From: an uncultured Alphaproteobacteria bacterium
Lineage (GTDB): Bacteria > Pseudomonadota > Alphaproteobacteria > Reyranellales > Reyranellaceae
Length of the DNA: 64,000 bases
Assembly: GCA_963755595.1 (NCBI GenBank)
Contig: CAVWKP010000024.1
Coordinates: forward strand, 87,525-151,524
Direction: 5' to 3'
Position 1 is the stretch's first letter; each line of letters starts with the position of its first letter. The notes under the pieces were generated by a model. It did no database searches and had not been told where the DNA came from. It was given only the letters and a program-made list of their open reading frames with translations. Shown here in pieces: positions 10,037 to 20,093 of the stretch. The translations under genes were made by a program, and so were the position numbers.

Positions 10037-10866
10037 GTGGCAAAGGCCCTGATCGACCTCTCCGGGGTCGGCATGACCTATCAGGCGGCGAGCGGCCCCG
10101 TCGAGGCGCTCGCCGGCATCTCGATGTCCGTCGGCACGGGCGAGTTCGTCTCGCTGGTGGGCCCGAGCGGCTGCGGCAAGTCCACTCTGCTGCGCATCGT
10201 GGCGGGGCTGCGGCCAGCGACGCTGGGCACGGTGACGGTCGGCGACCGCGAGGTCACTCGGCCCATCCCCGACATCGGCATGGTGTTCCAGGCGCCGGTA
10301 CTGCTGAAATGGCGTTCGATCCTGCAGAACGTGCTGCTGCCGGCTGAACTCGCCGGCCACGAGCCGCGCATCTATTGGGCGCGCGCCCAGCAGCTCTTGG
10401 AGATGGCCGGCCTGCACGGTTTTGCTGAAAAGCTGCCGCGCGAGCTGTCGGGCGGCATGCAGCAGCGCGCCGCGCTCTGCCGCGCCCTGCTGCTTGATCC
10501 GCCGCTGTTGCTGATGGATGAGCCGTTCGGCGCCCTCGACGCCATGACGCGCGACGACATGGCCTTGGAGCTGCTGCGCATCTGGGGTGAGCGCGACCTC
10601 GGGCGCGAGCAACGCAAGACCGTCCTGTTCGTCACCCATTCCATTGCCGAGGCGGTGTTCCTTTCCGACCGCGTGGTGGTCATGTCGCCCCGGCCCGGCC
10701 GCATCGCGGCAGACCTGAAGATCAACCTGCCGCGGCCAAGGACGGTCGAATTGCGCGCCTCCGAGACGTTCGGCAGGCTCAGCCTCGAGATTTTCCGGGC
10801 CTTAACCGGGCAGGCGCGGGCTCGGGCAGCAAGCGCAATTGGGGCACCGTTTCTCGCCCGCGCTAG
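10037..10866 (+). CDS. NitT/TauT ABC transporter ATP-binding protein (3' end uncertain)
   Basis: GPSGCGKS, LSGGMQQR and LLMDEPFGALD. Confidence 0.8.
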
Positions 10867-10917
10867 TTGGCCAAGCCGGCACCGCCTGATAAGACGCCCG
10901 CGACTAAAGGAGCAGAC

Positions 10918-12153
10918 ATGGCCACCGCCGCCACCCCGATCAAAAGCGCCGCCAAGGGCATCAGCGCCGATGCCAAGCCCTTCGACTGGGAAGACCCGTT
11001 CTTCCTCGACGAGCAGCTCACCGAGGAGGAGATCGCGATCCGCGACGCGGCCCGCGCCTACTGCCAGGAAAAGCTGATGCCGCGCGTCATCGAGGCCAAC
11101 CGGCACGAGAAGTTCGACCGCGAGATCATGAACGAGATGGGCGCCCTCGGCCTGCTCGGCTCGACCCTGCCCGAAAAGTACGGCTGTGCCGCCACCAACT
11201 ACACGACCTACGGCCTGGTCGCCCGCGAGGTCGAGTCGGTCGACTCGGGTTACCGCTCGGCGATGAGCGTGCAGTCCTCGCTGGTGATGCATCCGATCTA
11301 CGCCTACGGCAGCGAAGAGCAGCGCGTGAAGTACCTGCCGAAGCTCGCCACCGGCGAATGGGTCGGCTGCTTCGGCCTCACCGAGCCCGACCACGGCTCC
11401 GATCCCGGCAGCATGAAGACGCGCGCCGTGACGGTCCCCGGCGGCTACAAGCTCTCCGGCTCCAAGATGTGGATCACCAATTCGCCGATCGCCGACGTGC
11501 TGGTGATCTGGGCCAAGCTCGACGGCGGGGCAATCCGCGGCTTCATCCTGGAGCGCGCCTGGAAGGGCATCGCCACGCCCAAGATCGAGGGCAAGTTCAG
11601 CCTGCGCGCCTCGGTGACGGGCGCGATCATGCTCGACGAGGTCATGGTGCCGGCCGAGAACATGCTGCCCAACGTCTCGGGCCTCGGCGGCCCGTTCGGC
11701 TGCCTCAACAATGCGCGCTACGGCATCGCCTGGGGCGCCATGGGCGCGGCCGAGTTCTGCTGGAAGCAGGCGCGCAACTACACCATGGACCGCAAGCAGT
11801 TCGGCCGGCCGCTCGCCGCCAACCAGCTGATCCAGAAGAAGCTCGCCGACATGCAGACCGAGATCACGCTCGGCCTCCAGGCCTGCCTGCGCGTCGGCCG
11901 GCTCAAGGACGCGGGCCACGCCCAGCCGGAGATGATCTCGCTGATCAAGCGCAACAACTGCGGCAAGGCGCTCGACATCGCCCGCGTCGCCCGCGACATG
12001 CACGGCGGCAACGGCGTCTGCGACGAGTACCACGTGATCCGCCACGCCATGAACCTCGAGGCGGTCAACACCTACGAGGGCACGCACGACGTGCACGCGC
12101 TGATCCTCGGCCGCGCCATCACCGGCATCCAGGCCTTCACCGCGCAGAACTGA
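10918..12153 (+). CDS. gcdH: Glutaryl-CoA dehydrogenase
   Basis: [35 protein letters not shown] and [15 protein letters not shown] are characteristic of glutaryl-CoA dehydrogenases. Confidence 0.85.
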   Translation: MATAATPIKSAAKGISADAKPFDWEDPFFLDEQLTEEEIAIRDAARAYCQEKLMPRVIEANRHEKFDREIMNEMGALGLLGSTLPEKYGCAATNYTTYGLVAREVESVDSGYRSAMSVQSSLVMHPIYAYGSEEQRVKYLPKLATGEWVGCFGLTEPDHGSDPGSMKTRAVTVPGGYKLSGSKMWITNSPIADVLVIWAKLDGGAIRGFILERAWKGIATPKIEGKFSLRASVTGAIMLDEVMVPAENMLPNVSGLGGPFGCLNNARYGIAWGAMGAAEFCWKQARNYTMDRKQFGRPLAANQLIQKKLADMQTEITLGLQACLRVGRLKDAGHAQPEMISLIKRNNCGKALDIARVARDMHGGNGVCDEYHVIRHAMNLEAVNTYEGTHDVHALILGRAITGIQAFTAQN

Positions 12154-12902
12154 TGGGAGCGCTGCCGCCCGCCGCCGACATCGCACTGGTCGTCGCGGGC
12201 GCGCTGGTCGCTGGCTTCCTCAATGGCCTCAGCGGCACCGGCTATGCGCTGGCGTCGCTCGGCTTCTGGCTGCACGCCATGCCGCCCGCCACCGCCGCGC
12301 CGCTGGTGGCGCTCTGCTCGGTGATCGGCCACATCCAATCCCTGCCGCGCATCTGGCACGGCGTCGTCTGGCAGCGCCTGTGGCCGTTCCTCGTCGCCGG
12401 CCTCTTGGGCGTGCCGGTCGGCACCCTTCTGCTCGACCAGGTGCGCGTGCAGCCGCTGAAGGTCGGCGTCGGGCTGCTGCTGATCTTCTACAGCGCCTGG
12501 ATGGGCCTGGTGCGGCGGCCACCCATCATCACCGGCGGCGGCCGCCTGGCCGATGCCGCGATCGGCTTCACCGGCGGCGTGATGGGCGGCGTGGCGAGCC
12601 TGAGCGGCCCCGCTCCCGTGATCTGGACCCAGCTGCGTGGCTGGAACATGCACGAGCAACGCGGTGTCAATCAGCCGTTCAACATGGCCGTGCTTGCTCT
12701 GGCGGTCGTCACGGCCGCCATTGCGGGCTTCCTCGATGCCAGGTTCTTCATCTTCGTCGCGCTCGCCGTGCCCACCACCCTGATCGGCGCCCGGATCGGC
12801 CTCAGCCTCTATGGCAAGGTCGACGACCGGCAATTCCGCATCATCGTGCTCAGCCTGCTCGGCGTCTCCGGTGCAACCTTGATCGCCTCGTCCCTGACAT
12901 GA
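12153..12902 (+). CDS. Sulfite exporter TauE/SafE family membrane protein
   Basis: AGFLNGLSGTG and GGVMGG..SLSGP; multiple hydrophobic segments. Confidence 0.75.
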   Translation: MGALPPAADIALVVAGALVAGFLNGLSGTGYALASLGFWLHAMPPATAAPLVALCSVIGHIQSLPRIWHGVVWQRLWPFLVAGLLGVPVGTLLLDQVRVQPLKVGVGLLLIFYSAWMGLVRRPPIITGGGRLADAAIGFTGGVMGGVASLSGPAPVIWTQLRGWNMHEQRGVNQPFNMAVLALAVVTAAIAGFLDARFFIFVALAVPTTLIGARIGLSLYGKVDDRQFRIIVLSLLGVSGATLIASSLT

Positions 12903-13756
12903 ACCGCAATACCTTCGTCGCCGGCTTCCTCGGCGCCTGTGTGGCGATCGCCGCCGTCGCCTTCGCCCTGCACCGGCTGCCGCAGACCGCGCTGCCGCGC
13001 GGACCGACCTCGCCGCCCGCAGCCTGGCCCGACTACAGCGTCAACGGCCCAGGCTTCCTCACCCCCGCCGTGGCCGATGGCGAGCTGATCGCCTACGGCT
13101 ACAAGCTGATCACCGAGACCTTCGCGCTGATCGGCCCCGAGGCGCCCGACGCCAGCAAGCGCTTCGCCGGCAACAACCTCGCCTGCAGGAACTGCCACCT
13201 CGATGCCGGCACCAATCGCGCCGGCGTGCCGCTGGTCGGCGTGGCGAGGACGTACCCGAAATTCTCGACGCGCAGCGGCCGCGTGATCTCGCTGGCCGAG
13301 CGCATCGACGAATGCATGACCCGCTCGATGAACGGCCGCAAGCTGCCCGACGGCTCGCGCGAGATGGCGGCCTACCTCGCCTACCTGAAATTCATCGGCG
13401 CGCCCCAGGCCGTGACGGCCGAGCCCGCGCCGCCCGCGCCGCTTCCTCCCGACGCCACGCGCGGCACGGCGGTCTATGACCGCGTGTGCGCCGCCTGCCA
13501 TCAGCCGGACGGGCTCGGCAAGCGCTGGGGAGCGCCGGCCGATGCGCGCGGTTATCAATTCCCGCCGGTCTGGGGACCCGACAGCTTCAACGACGGCGCA
13601 GGCATGGACCATTTCCAGCGCTCCGTCGGCTTCATCCAGCACGACATGCCGCGCGGCACCGATCCCACGCATCCGCAACTCACCCTGCAGGACGCCTGGG
13701 ACGCCGCGGCCCTGCTGCAGTCCAAGCCCCGACCACATTACGAGCCGGTGCGGTAA
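12899..13756 (+). CDS. Diheme c-type cytochrome, thiosulfate dehydrogenase (TsdA)-like
   Basis: CRNCH and CAACH heme motifs, RIDECMTRSMNG active-site Cys motif, PPVWGPDSFNDGAGM. Confidence 0.75.
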   Translation: MNRNTFVAGFLGACVAIAAVAFALHRLPQTALPRGPTSPPAAWPDYSVNGPGFLTPAVADGELIAYGYKLITETFALIGPEAPDASKRFAGNNLACRNCHLDAGTNRAGVPLVGVARTYPKFSTRSGRVISLAERIDECMTRSMNGRKLPDGSREMAAYLAYLKFIGAPQAVTAEPAPPAPLPPDATRGTAVYDRVCAACHQPDGLGKRWGAPADARGYQFPPVWGPDSFNDGAGMDHFQRSVGFIQHDMPRGTDPTHPQLTLQDAWDAAALLQSKPRPHYEPVR

Positions 13757-13884
13757 TTTTCTGTTGCGTTTTTCCACCGATTTTCCACCCGTTGGAAAAC
13801 GTCTGATTCCGATGGCACAAGGGTTTTAGGGCACTTTTTCCATTTTCCGCGTCACCCCCCTCGATTTCGAGCTTGAGCGGCTTT

Positions 13885-14878
13885 CTAGGCAGCGAGCCAG
13901 CGCAGGCAGTCCGTCTTGGTCAGGACCTCGTCGAGGCCGAGGGCGCCTTTGGCGGCGGTGTATTTGCGGCGGATCTCGGCCAAGGAGCGGGCGTGGTACT
14001 TCTGCGGCTCCTGCGACCAAGGTTGGCCGCCGAGCTTGAGCTCGAAGGTCTTCTCGCCCTTGTCGATCGCCGCCGCGTTGGCCGTCGACCAGGGCAGGAA
14101 CAGGCCACCGACCTGCTCGCTGAGCAGCGGCATCAGGCCGGAGGCCAGCGTCGCCCAGGACTCGAACGGGCCCTCCGCCTTGGGCGACAGCATGCGCTGC
14201 CACCCAGGCCATGACGTTGGGCGCCGAGGCGCGCATCAGCGCGCCGGGCGTGGGATCGGTGGCGGTTTCGTAGAATTGGCCCCACAGGCCGAAGTCGGCC
14301 AGCGCCGGGCGGCCACCCAGCAGATACGGCCGCGCCGCCAGGTGGGCGTTCAGGATCTCCAGCGTGCGCTTGAACGAGGCCTCGATCAGCGGCCGGGTCG
14401 TGGCGTTGGAGCCGACGAAGCCCAGCCGCCCGCTCATGCGCTCGGCCACCGCCGCGCGCGCCTGCGCCACGGCGAGCGTGCCTTGCGCGCCCATCATCTG
14501 CTGGGCGATGCGCTCGGCGGTCGACCAGCAATCGGGCGCGTAGGTCCAGCGATAGTGGAACATCCACTTGTTGCCCCACTCGTCGCCGAATTCCTCGAGC
14601 AGGGCGGACAGGAAGGCGAGCGCCTTGTCGTCGGGCACGATCGAAGGCTCGTGGTTCGCGGCCTCGAAGCGCTCGATGATCGGCGTGGAGTCCTGCACGC
14701 CCTCGCCTTCCGGCGTCACCACCAGCGGCACCAGTGGCAGCTTGGCGTATTTCTGGAACTCGGCCTGGTTGGCGGGCGAGCGCAGCAGCCAGTCGTGCGG
14801 CAGGCCCTTGTAGCGGAAGTAGGAGCGCACCTTCACCGAATAGGGCGACAGCTCCGAGCCGAAGATGCGGTAGGTCAC
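13885..14878 (-). CDS. Glutathione S-transferase family protein (frameshift ~14200)
   Basis: SPYSVKVRSYFRYKG, QDSTPII, EEFGDEWGNKWMFHYRW and YLLGGRPALADFG. Confidence 0.8.
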
Positions 14879-15942
14879 AGCCAGCGCTTGCGCTTGATCC
14901 AGAGGAACAGGGCGACCGTAATCGCGGCGGCCAGGCACCAGAACCAGATATAGCCATAGCCCCAGCTCAGCTCGGGCATGTTGCCCTTGTCGCGGTCGAA
15001 GTTCATGCCGTAGATGCCCGTGAGGAAGGTAAGCGGCATGAAGAACACGGTGATGACCGCGAGCGTCTTCATCACCTCCGATAGGCGGTTGTTGGCCTGC
15101 ATCAGGTAGACTTCCATAAGGCCGTTGCACATTTCGCGATAGCTCTCGACCAGGTCCAGCACCGCCACCGTGTGGTCGAAGCAGTCGCGCAGGTAGGTGC
15201 GCGTCTCGGGCATGATGAACGGCGTCTCGGGCCGCATGATCGCCAGCACCGTTTCGCGTTCGGCCCATTCGATGCGGTGGAAGGCCACCAGCGCTCGCCG
15301 CGCTGCATGGATGTGACCCAGCGATTCCTCGCTGCTGTGGCCCAGCGTCTCGTCCTCGAGTTCCTCGAGATGATTGGCCAGCCGCTCGATAATCGGGAAC
15401 TTCCGGTCGATGACCAGGTCGATCAGGGCGTAGACGAGATAGTCGACGCCGAACGTGCGCAGCCGCGAGCCCGCCGTCTGCACGCGATCGCGCACCGGCT
15501 TGAAGATGTCGAGCTTGTGGTCGTGGAAGGAGATGACGTAGTTCTCGCCGAAGAAGATGCTGACCTGGCGCAGCTTGATATCACCGTCCTCATAGGACGG
15601 ATCGTTGAGCACGATGAAGCCCTGGCCCTCGTAGAGATCGAGCTTGCCGCGCGAACTCGAATGGAACACGTCCTCGAGCGCCAGCGGGTGCAGGTTGAAG
15701 GCCATGCCGAGGTCGCGCAGCATTTCCGAGCTTGGCCGGCCGGCGACGTCGATCCATGTGTGCGCGGGCGTGCCGAGGTGGAAGCGGCACTCGTCGACCT
15801 CGACGCCGTGCAGCACCTCGCAGTCGTCGTTGGTGTATTCGACCAACGTGAAGTCGAGCGCCTCGTCGGGCACGGGGGCACGGCCGGCCAGCGTGCCCGG
15901 CGCAGTGCCCGGCTTGGTGTGGCGATGAACAACTCCGTCCAT
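14875..15942 (-). CDS. corA: Magnesium/cobalt transporter CorA
   Basis: LHPLALED, TGIYGMNF signature and MPELSWGYGY. Confidence 0.9.
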   Translation of the reverse strand: MDGVVHRHTKPGTAPGTLAGRAPVPDEALDFTLVEYTNDDCEVLHGVEVDECRFHLGTPAHTWIDVAGRPSSEMLRDLGMAFNLHPLALEDVFHSSSRGKLDLYEGQGFIVLNDPSYEDGDIKLRQVSIFFGENYVISFHDHKLDIFKPVRDRVQTAGSRLRTFGVDYLVYALIDLVIDRKFPIIERLANHLEELEDETLGHSSEESLGHIHAARRALVAFHRIEWAERETVLAIMRPETPFIMPETRTYLRDCFDHTVAVLDLVESYREMCNGLMEVYLMQANNRLSEVMKTLAVITVFFMPLTFLTGIYGMNFDRDKGNMPELSWGYGYIWFWCLAAAITVALFLWIKRKRWL

Positions 15943-15952
15943 GATTACCTGC

Positions 15953-16237
15953 TCAGACTTCCTGCATGACCTGTACGTCGGGCCGGCCGGCGAGGTAGTC
16001 GCCGAGCTTGCGGCCAAGCTCCTTGAAATGCGGCGCCGCGCGATGCGCCTCGAGCGCCGCCTGGTCGTCATACCGTTCCAACATGACATAGACGTTGGCG
16101 TCGGCCGTCTTGTGCAGCGAGTAGAGCTTGTTGCCCGGCTCGTCGGCCCGCACCTTGGCCTGCAGGGCCTTCATGGTCGCCTCGAAGTCGGCGTTGCTGC
16201 CGGGCTTGATGGTCAGTTTGGCGATGACGCCGAGCAT
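15953..16237 (-). CDS. Antibiotic biosynthesis monooxygenase (ABM/YgiN-like)
   Basis: 94 aa; EPGNKLYSLH and ERYDDQAALEAH. Confidence 0.8.
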   Translation of the reverse strand: MLGVIAKLTIKPGSNADFEATMKALQAKVRADEPGNKLYSLHKTADANVYVMLERYDDQAALEAHRAAPHFKELGRKLGDYLAGRPDVQVMQEV

Positions 16238-16254
16238 GGTCGTTCCTCCGCGGC

Positions 16255-16739
16255 CTATTGGGGACGCTTCTTCACAAGGTACTTGTGTTCGCCGTCACAG
16301 ACCAGCACGCCGGCCTGGTTGTGGATGGTGAGCTTCAGTAGTGACTGTGCCGGTCGTCCGGCCGGGCGTCAGCTCGCTTATCTCGAGCATCGGATAGAGC
16401 GTGTCGCCGCAATAGACCGGCTTCAGAAAGCGCGACGACTGCTCGAGGAAGCCGACCAGCGAATTGCCGATGACATGCGGGAAGATACCGGCACCCGCCG
16501 CGCCCTGGATCGCCACCTGCAGCCCGTGGGCCAGCATGTCGCGATGGCCGCGTGCCTTGCAGTATTCGCGGTCGTAGTGGATCGGATGATTGTCGCCGCT
16601 GGCCAGCTGGAAGGCCGCGAACAGCGACTCGGTCTGGGTGCGCGAGTTGATGTAGAACTTCTGCCCGACCTTGAGGTCCTCGAACCAATGGGTCGGGCCG
16701 AAGCGATGCTCGGCCGGATCGAATTTCGACTTCAGTCAC
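16255..16739 (-). CDS. MaoC family dehydratase (frameshifted)
   Basis: Joined frames give FEDLKVGQKF, ASGDNHPIHYD, LAHGLQ and FLKPVYCGDTL. Confidence 0.75.
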
Positions 16740-16797
16740 GCGCCCTCCCTTGCGGGAGCACCCTAAAACACAACACGAACCGATGGAACCGCCCCAA

Positions 16798-16832
16798 CCT
16801 CATCCTGACGAGCGCGGCTCCTCAGGATGAGG
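16798..16832. repeat. Short RIME/REP-like palindrome (internally deleted copy)
   Basis: CCTCATCCTGACGAGC-GCG-GCTCCTCAGGATGAGG; near-identical termini to the element at 19974-20077. Confidence 0.65.
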
Positions 16833-16911
16833 CGAGTCTGTGAAGCGGTTCGAGGCTCTTTTCGAGGAAGTCCGGCCGGGCATCATCGCGCGGCGGCAGG
16901 CCGACCGTACC

Positions 16912-17598
16912 TCACGCGGCCTTCGCCTTGCGGCCCATGCCGTCGTAGAGGTCGAGCATGCGCTCGCGCCAGGCATGGACCGGGTCGTCGGTCTCCAAGA
17001 GCTCGAGCGGGCTCACGACGCGCGCCCACAGGAAGGCGCCAGCCAGGGCGTAGTCTGGATAGGCCGGATGCTGGCCGGCGAGGAACGGTTGGTCCTTGAG
17101 CATGCGCCGCGCTGGTTCGAGCACGGCGCGCAGCGCCGGCACGCCCTTCTCGCGCGCGTTGGCCTGGAAACCGGCGAAGTCGGTCGTGCCCAGCCTCTTG
17201 CCGCGCGATTCCCTGAAATAGGGCTGATCGACCGGCCGGACACGGTCGTAGAGATCGCCGACAATCAGCACGAACACCGCGGGGTGTACGGCAGTATCCA
17301 CCCAGCCACTAACGAAGTGTGCGTAACCGAGCGCCATCTCGCTTTTGAAGATCGGCTTGTCGGGATGGGCCTTGTCGAGGTGCCGGGCGATCGCCCAGCT
17401 ATCCTTCACCACAGAGGCGTCGTCGTGAATGACCGGGACCGTCTGCGACTGGGCAAACGCAATCTTTTGCTTGTCGGTAAAGCCTACTGGCTCGTCGCGC
17501 CAACTGAGGCCCTTGTGCCTCAGCGAGAATTTCGTGCGCCAGCAGAATGGACTGGGGCGCCGGTCTTCGGAGAATACGAGGTCGTAGAGTGTGATCAT
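16912..17598 (-). CDS. Glutathione S-transferase family (LigE/beta-etherase-like)
   Basis: SPFCWRTKFSLRHKG, TVPVI, DSWAIARHLD and PAYPDY. Confidence 0.75.
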   Translation of the reverse strand: MITLYDLVFSEDRRPSPFCWRTKFSLRHKGLSWRDEPVGFTDKQKIAFAQSQTVPVIHDDASVVKDSWAIARHLDKAHPDKPIFKSEMALGYAHFVSGWVDTAVHPAVFVLIVGDLYDRVRPVDQPYFRESRGKRLGTTDFAGFQANAREKGVPALRAVLEPARRMLKDQPFLAGQHPAYPDYALAGAFLWARVVSPLELLETDDPVHAWRERMLDLYDGMGRKAKAA

Positions 17599-17903
17599 CA
17601 GAAACCGCAATTGTACGGAGCGGCGTTGAGCGACGGCTTGACCGCCTCGATTGACTGCTTGCAGGCCGTCTCGAGCGAGGGCTTGGTCTGCGGATCGCTC
17701 GCCATCTGCTTCCACTGCGCGCGGAGCTGCGTGATCATCTGATCGAGCTGGGCGCGCTGGTCGCCCGCCTGGTCCTTCACGCATGTCTGGTACTTGTCGA
17801 GGAAGGTGTCGCACGCTTCGACACCGACCTTGTCCTGCGCCAACGCCACCGGTCCGCCGGCGACCGCAAGGACACCCAGCACTAGAACGCCAACGCCCTT
17901 CAT
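17598..17903 (-). CDS. Small secreted cysteine-containing hypothetical protein
   Basis: Signal peptide; GVEACDTFLDKYQTC...C...CGF. Confidence 0.65.
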   Translation of the reverse strand: MKGVGVLVLGVLAVAGGPVALAQDKVGVEACDTFLDKYQTCVKDQAGDQRAQLDQMITQLRAQWKQMASDPQTKPSLETACKQSIEAVKPSLNAAPYNCGF

Positions 17904-17984
17904 GTGATTCGCTCCGCTCGTTGATCGACGGCCAAGCGTCTCACATCGACCAAGAATTGGCAGCCATCGAATGTGTGCGCTTGG

Positions 17985-18866
17985 TCACTTTCCATCCAGC
18001 ATGCGGATGATGCCCGAGAAGTCCTTGGCCGCGTGGCCGCTATTGACGAACATGTTGAAGAGCTGGGCAGCGCTGGCGCCGAGCGGCGTGCTGGCATTGA
18101 CCGCATTCGCCGCCTGCTGCGCCAGCAGCAGGTCCTTCAGCATCATCGCCGCGGTGAAGCCCGCCTGGTAGTCGCGATTGGCAGGCGATGTCGGCACCGG
18201 ACCCGGCACCGGGCAGTAGTTGGTGAGCGCCCACGACTGGCCCGACGAGGTCGAGGCGATGTCGAACAGCTTCTGGAAATCGAGGCCGAGACGTTTGGCC
18301 AGCATGAAGCCTTCGCTGACGCCGATCATCGAGATCGCGAGCATCATGTTGTTGCAGATCTTGGCCGCCTGGCCGCTGCCGCTGTCGCCGGCCAGCACGA
18401 TGTTCTTGCCCATCTTCTCGAGGATCGGCCTGGCCTTGCCGAACGACGAGGCCGGGCCGCCGCACATGAAGGTGAGCGTGCCGGCCGTGGCGCCGCCGAC
18501 ACCGCCCGACACCGGCGCATCGATCATCTCGAAGCCCGCCTTCTTGGCCAGCGTCGCGACATGGCGGGCGCTATCGACATCGATGGTCGAGCAATCGATC
18601 AGCAGCGCGCCTTTGGCGGCGTTGGGCAGCACGTCCTTCTCGTAGACCTCGCGCACATGCTTGCCGGCGGGCAGCATGGTGACGACGATCTCGGCGTCCT
18701 TCACGGCCTCGGCCGCACTCTTGGCCTTGTGCGCGCCCTTCTCGACCGCCGCAGCGACGGCCGCGTCCGACAGGTCGAAGGCAACGACGTGATGCTGCGC
18801 CTTGCAGAGATTGGCGGCCATCGGGCCACCCATGTTTCCAAGACCGATGAAGGCGATTTTCGCCAT
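17985..18866 (-). CDS. mmsB: 3-hydroxyisobutyrate dehydrogenase
   Basis: FIGLGNMGGPMAANL, DAPVSGG, AKICNNM and YCPVPGPVPTSPANRDY. Confidence 0.9.
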   Translation of the reverse strand: MAKIAFIGLGNMGGPMAANLCKAQHHVVAFDLSDAAVAAAVEKGAHKAKSAAEAVKDAEIVVTMLPAGKHVREVYEKDVLPNAAKGALLIDCSTIDVDSARHVATLAKKAGFEMIDAPVSGGVGGATAGTLTFMCGGPASSFGKARPILEKMGKNIVLAGDSGSGQAAKICNNMMLAISMIGVSEGFMLAKRLGLDFQKLFDIASTSSGQSWALTNYCPVPGPVPTSPANRDYQAGFTAAMMLKDLLLAQQAANAVNASTPLGASAAQLFNMFVNSGHAAKDFSGIIRMLDGK

Positions 18867-18888
18867 GGCTTCCTCCCTCTCCTGCCGG

Positions 18889-19956
18889 TCAGTCGAAAAA
18901 CAGGTCGTTCGCGACCGGCTTGAAATGCGCCTCGACCATCGCCCGCGTGACGCCCTCGATGGTCGGCGGTTTCCACTTGGGCTTCTGGTCCTTGTCGATC
19001 AGCAGCGCCCGCACGCCCTCGAAGAAGTCGTGGTCGGGCCGCATGCAATGCTGGGCCATGCGGTATTCGATGGTCATCGAATCCTCGAACGAACGGTTGG
19101 CGCAACGCTTGAGTTGCTCGAGCGTGATCGACATGGCCAGCGGCGAAAGCTTGAGAAGCGCGGCGAGCTGCTTCTCTGCCCACTCCCCGCCCTGCTTCTT
19201 CAGCTTGGCCTCGATCTCCGCCACAGTCTCTGCCGAGAAGCAGCGATCGATGTCGGCCATCATCGCCGGCAACGTCGGCGGTCCGGCGTCGGCGGCAAAA
19301 CGGGCGATCACGGCATCGACTTTGCGGTTGGCATCGGACCCCGAGAGATCGGCCGCACCCAGCGCCGCCTGCAGCTCGGTCATCTTGGCACTCGGCACAT
19401 GGGCATCGACGATACCCGCCCACACCGCGTCGGCCACCTTCAGGCGATGGCTGGTCAGCGCCAGGAAGATCCCCAGCGCGCCCTGCAGGCGTGTCAGGAA
19501 ATAGCCGCCACCGACATCGGGGAAGAGGCCGATGGTGGTCTCGGGCATGGCGAACAGGAACTTCTCGCTCGCCACCGAATGCGAGCCGTGCACCGAAAGG
19601 CCGACGCCGCCGCCCATGTCGATCCCGTCGATCAGCGAGATCCAGGGCTTGGCGTAGCGGTAGATGCGGCGGTTGACGATGTATTCGTCGCGAAAGAAGT
19701 CGCGACGCAGCGTGCCCTTGGGGTTCTCCCGGCTCTCGCGATAGAGGTTGGTGACGTCGCCGCCGGCGCAGAACGCCCGGTCGCCCGCGCCGCGCAGCAC
19801 CACAGCCTTGATCGCCAGGTCCTTCTCCCAGCCGGGGATGACCTTCTCGAGCTCCAGGATCATGCCGTGCGTCAGCGCGTTCAGCGCCTTGGGCCGGTTC
19901 AGCGTGATGACGCCAAGGCCATCCTTCACGTCGAACAGAATCTCTGACTCAGCCAT
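18889..19956 (-). CDS. 3-hydroxyisobutyryl-CoA hydrolase (crotonase family)
   Basis: LNRPKALNAL, FCAGGD, MPETTIGLFPDVGG and DFFEGVRALLIDKD; lies between mmsB and an acyl-CoA dehydrogenase. Confidence 0.85.
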   Translation of the reverse strand: MAESEILFDVKDGLGVITLNRPKALNALTHGMILELEKVIPGWEKDLAIKAVVLRGAGDRAFCAGGDVTNLYRESRENPKGTLRRDFFRDEYIVNRRIYRYAKPWISLIDGIDMGGGVGLSVHGSHSVASEKFLFAMPETTIGLFPDVGGGYFLTRLQGALGIFLALTSHRLKVADAVWAGIVDAHVPSAKMTELQAALGAADLSGSDANRKVDAVIARFAADAGPPTLPAMMADIDRCFSAETVAEIEAKLKKQGGEWAEKQLAALLKLSPLAMSITLEQLKRCANRSFEDSMTIEYRMAQHCMRPDHDFFEGVRALLIDKDQKPKWKPPTIEGVTRAMVEAHFKPVANDLFFD

Positions 19957-19973
19957 TCCAACTCCAACCAAGA

Positions 19974-20077
19974 CCTCACCCTGAGGAGGCCGCGTAGCGG
20001 CCGTCTCGAAGGACCGGCACCCGCACTGTGTCCCATCCTTCGAGACGCATCGCTACGCGATGCTCCTCAGGATGAGG
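19974..20077. repeat. RIME/REP-like intergenic palindromic element
   Basis: CCTCACCCTGAGGAG...GTCTCGAAGGA...TCCTTCGAGAC...CTCCTCAGGATGAGG nested inverted repeats, typical of alphaproteobacterial intergenic mosaic elements. Confidence 0.8.
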
Positions 20078-20093
20078 CCATGCCCAACCCACA

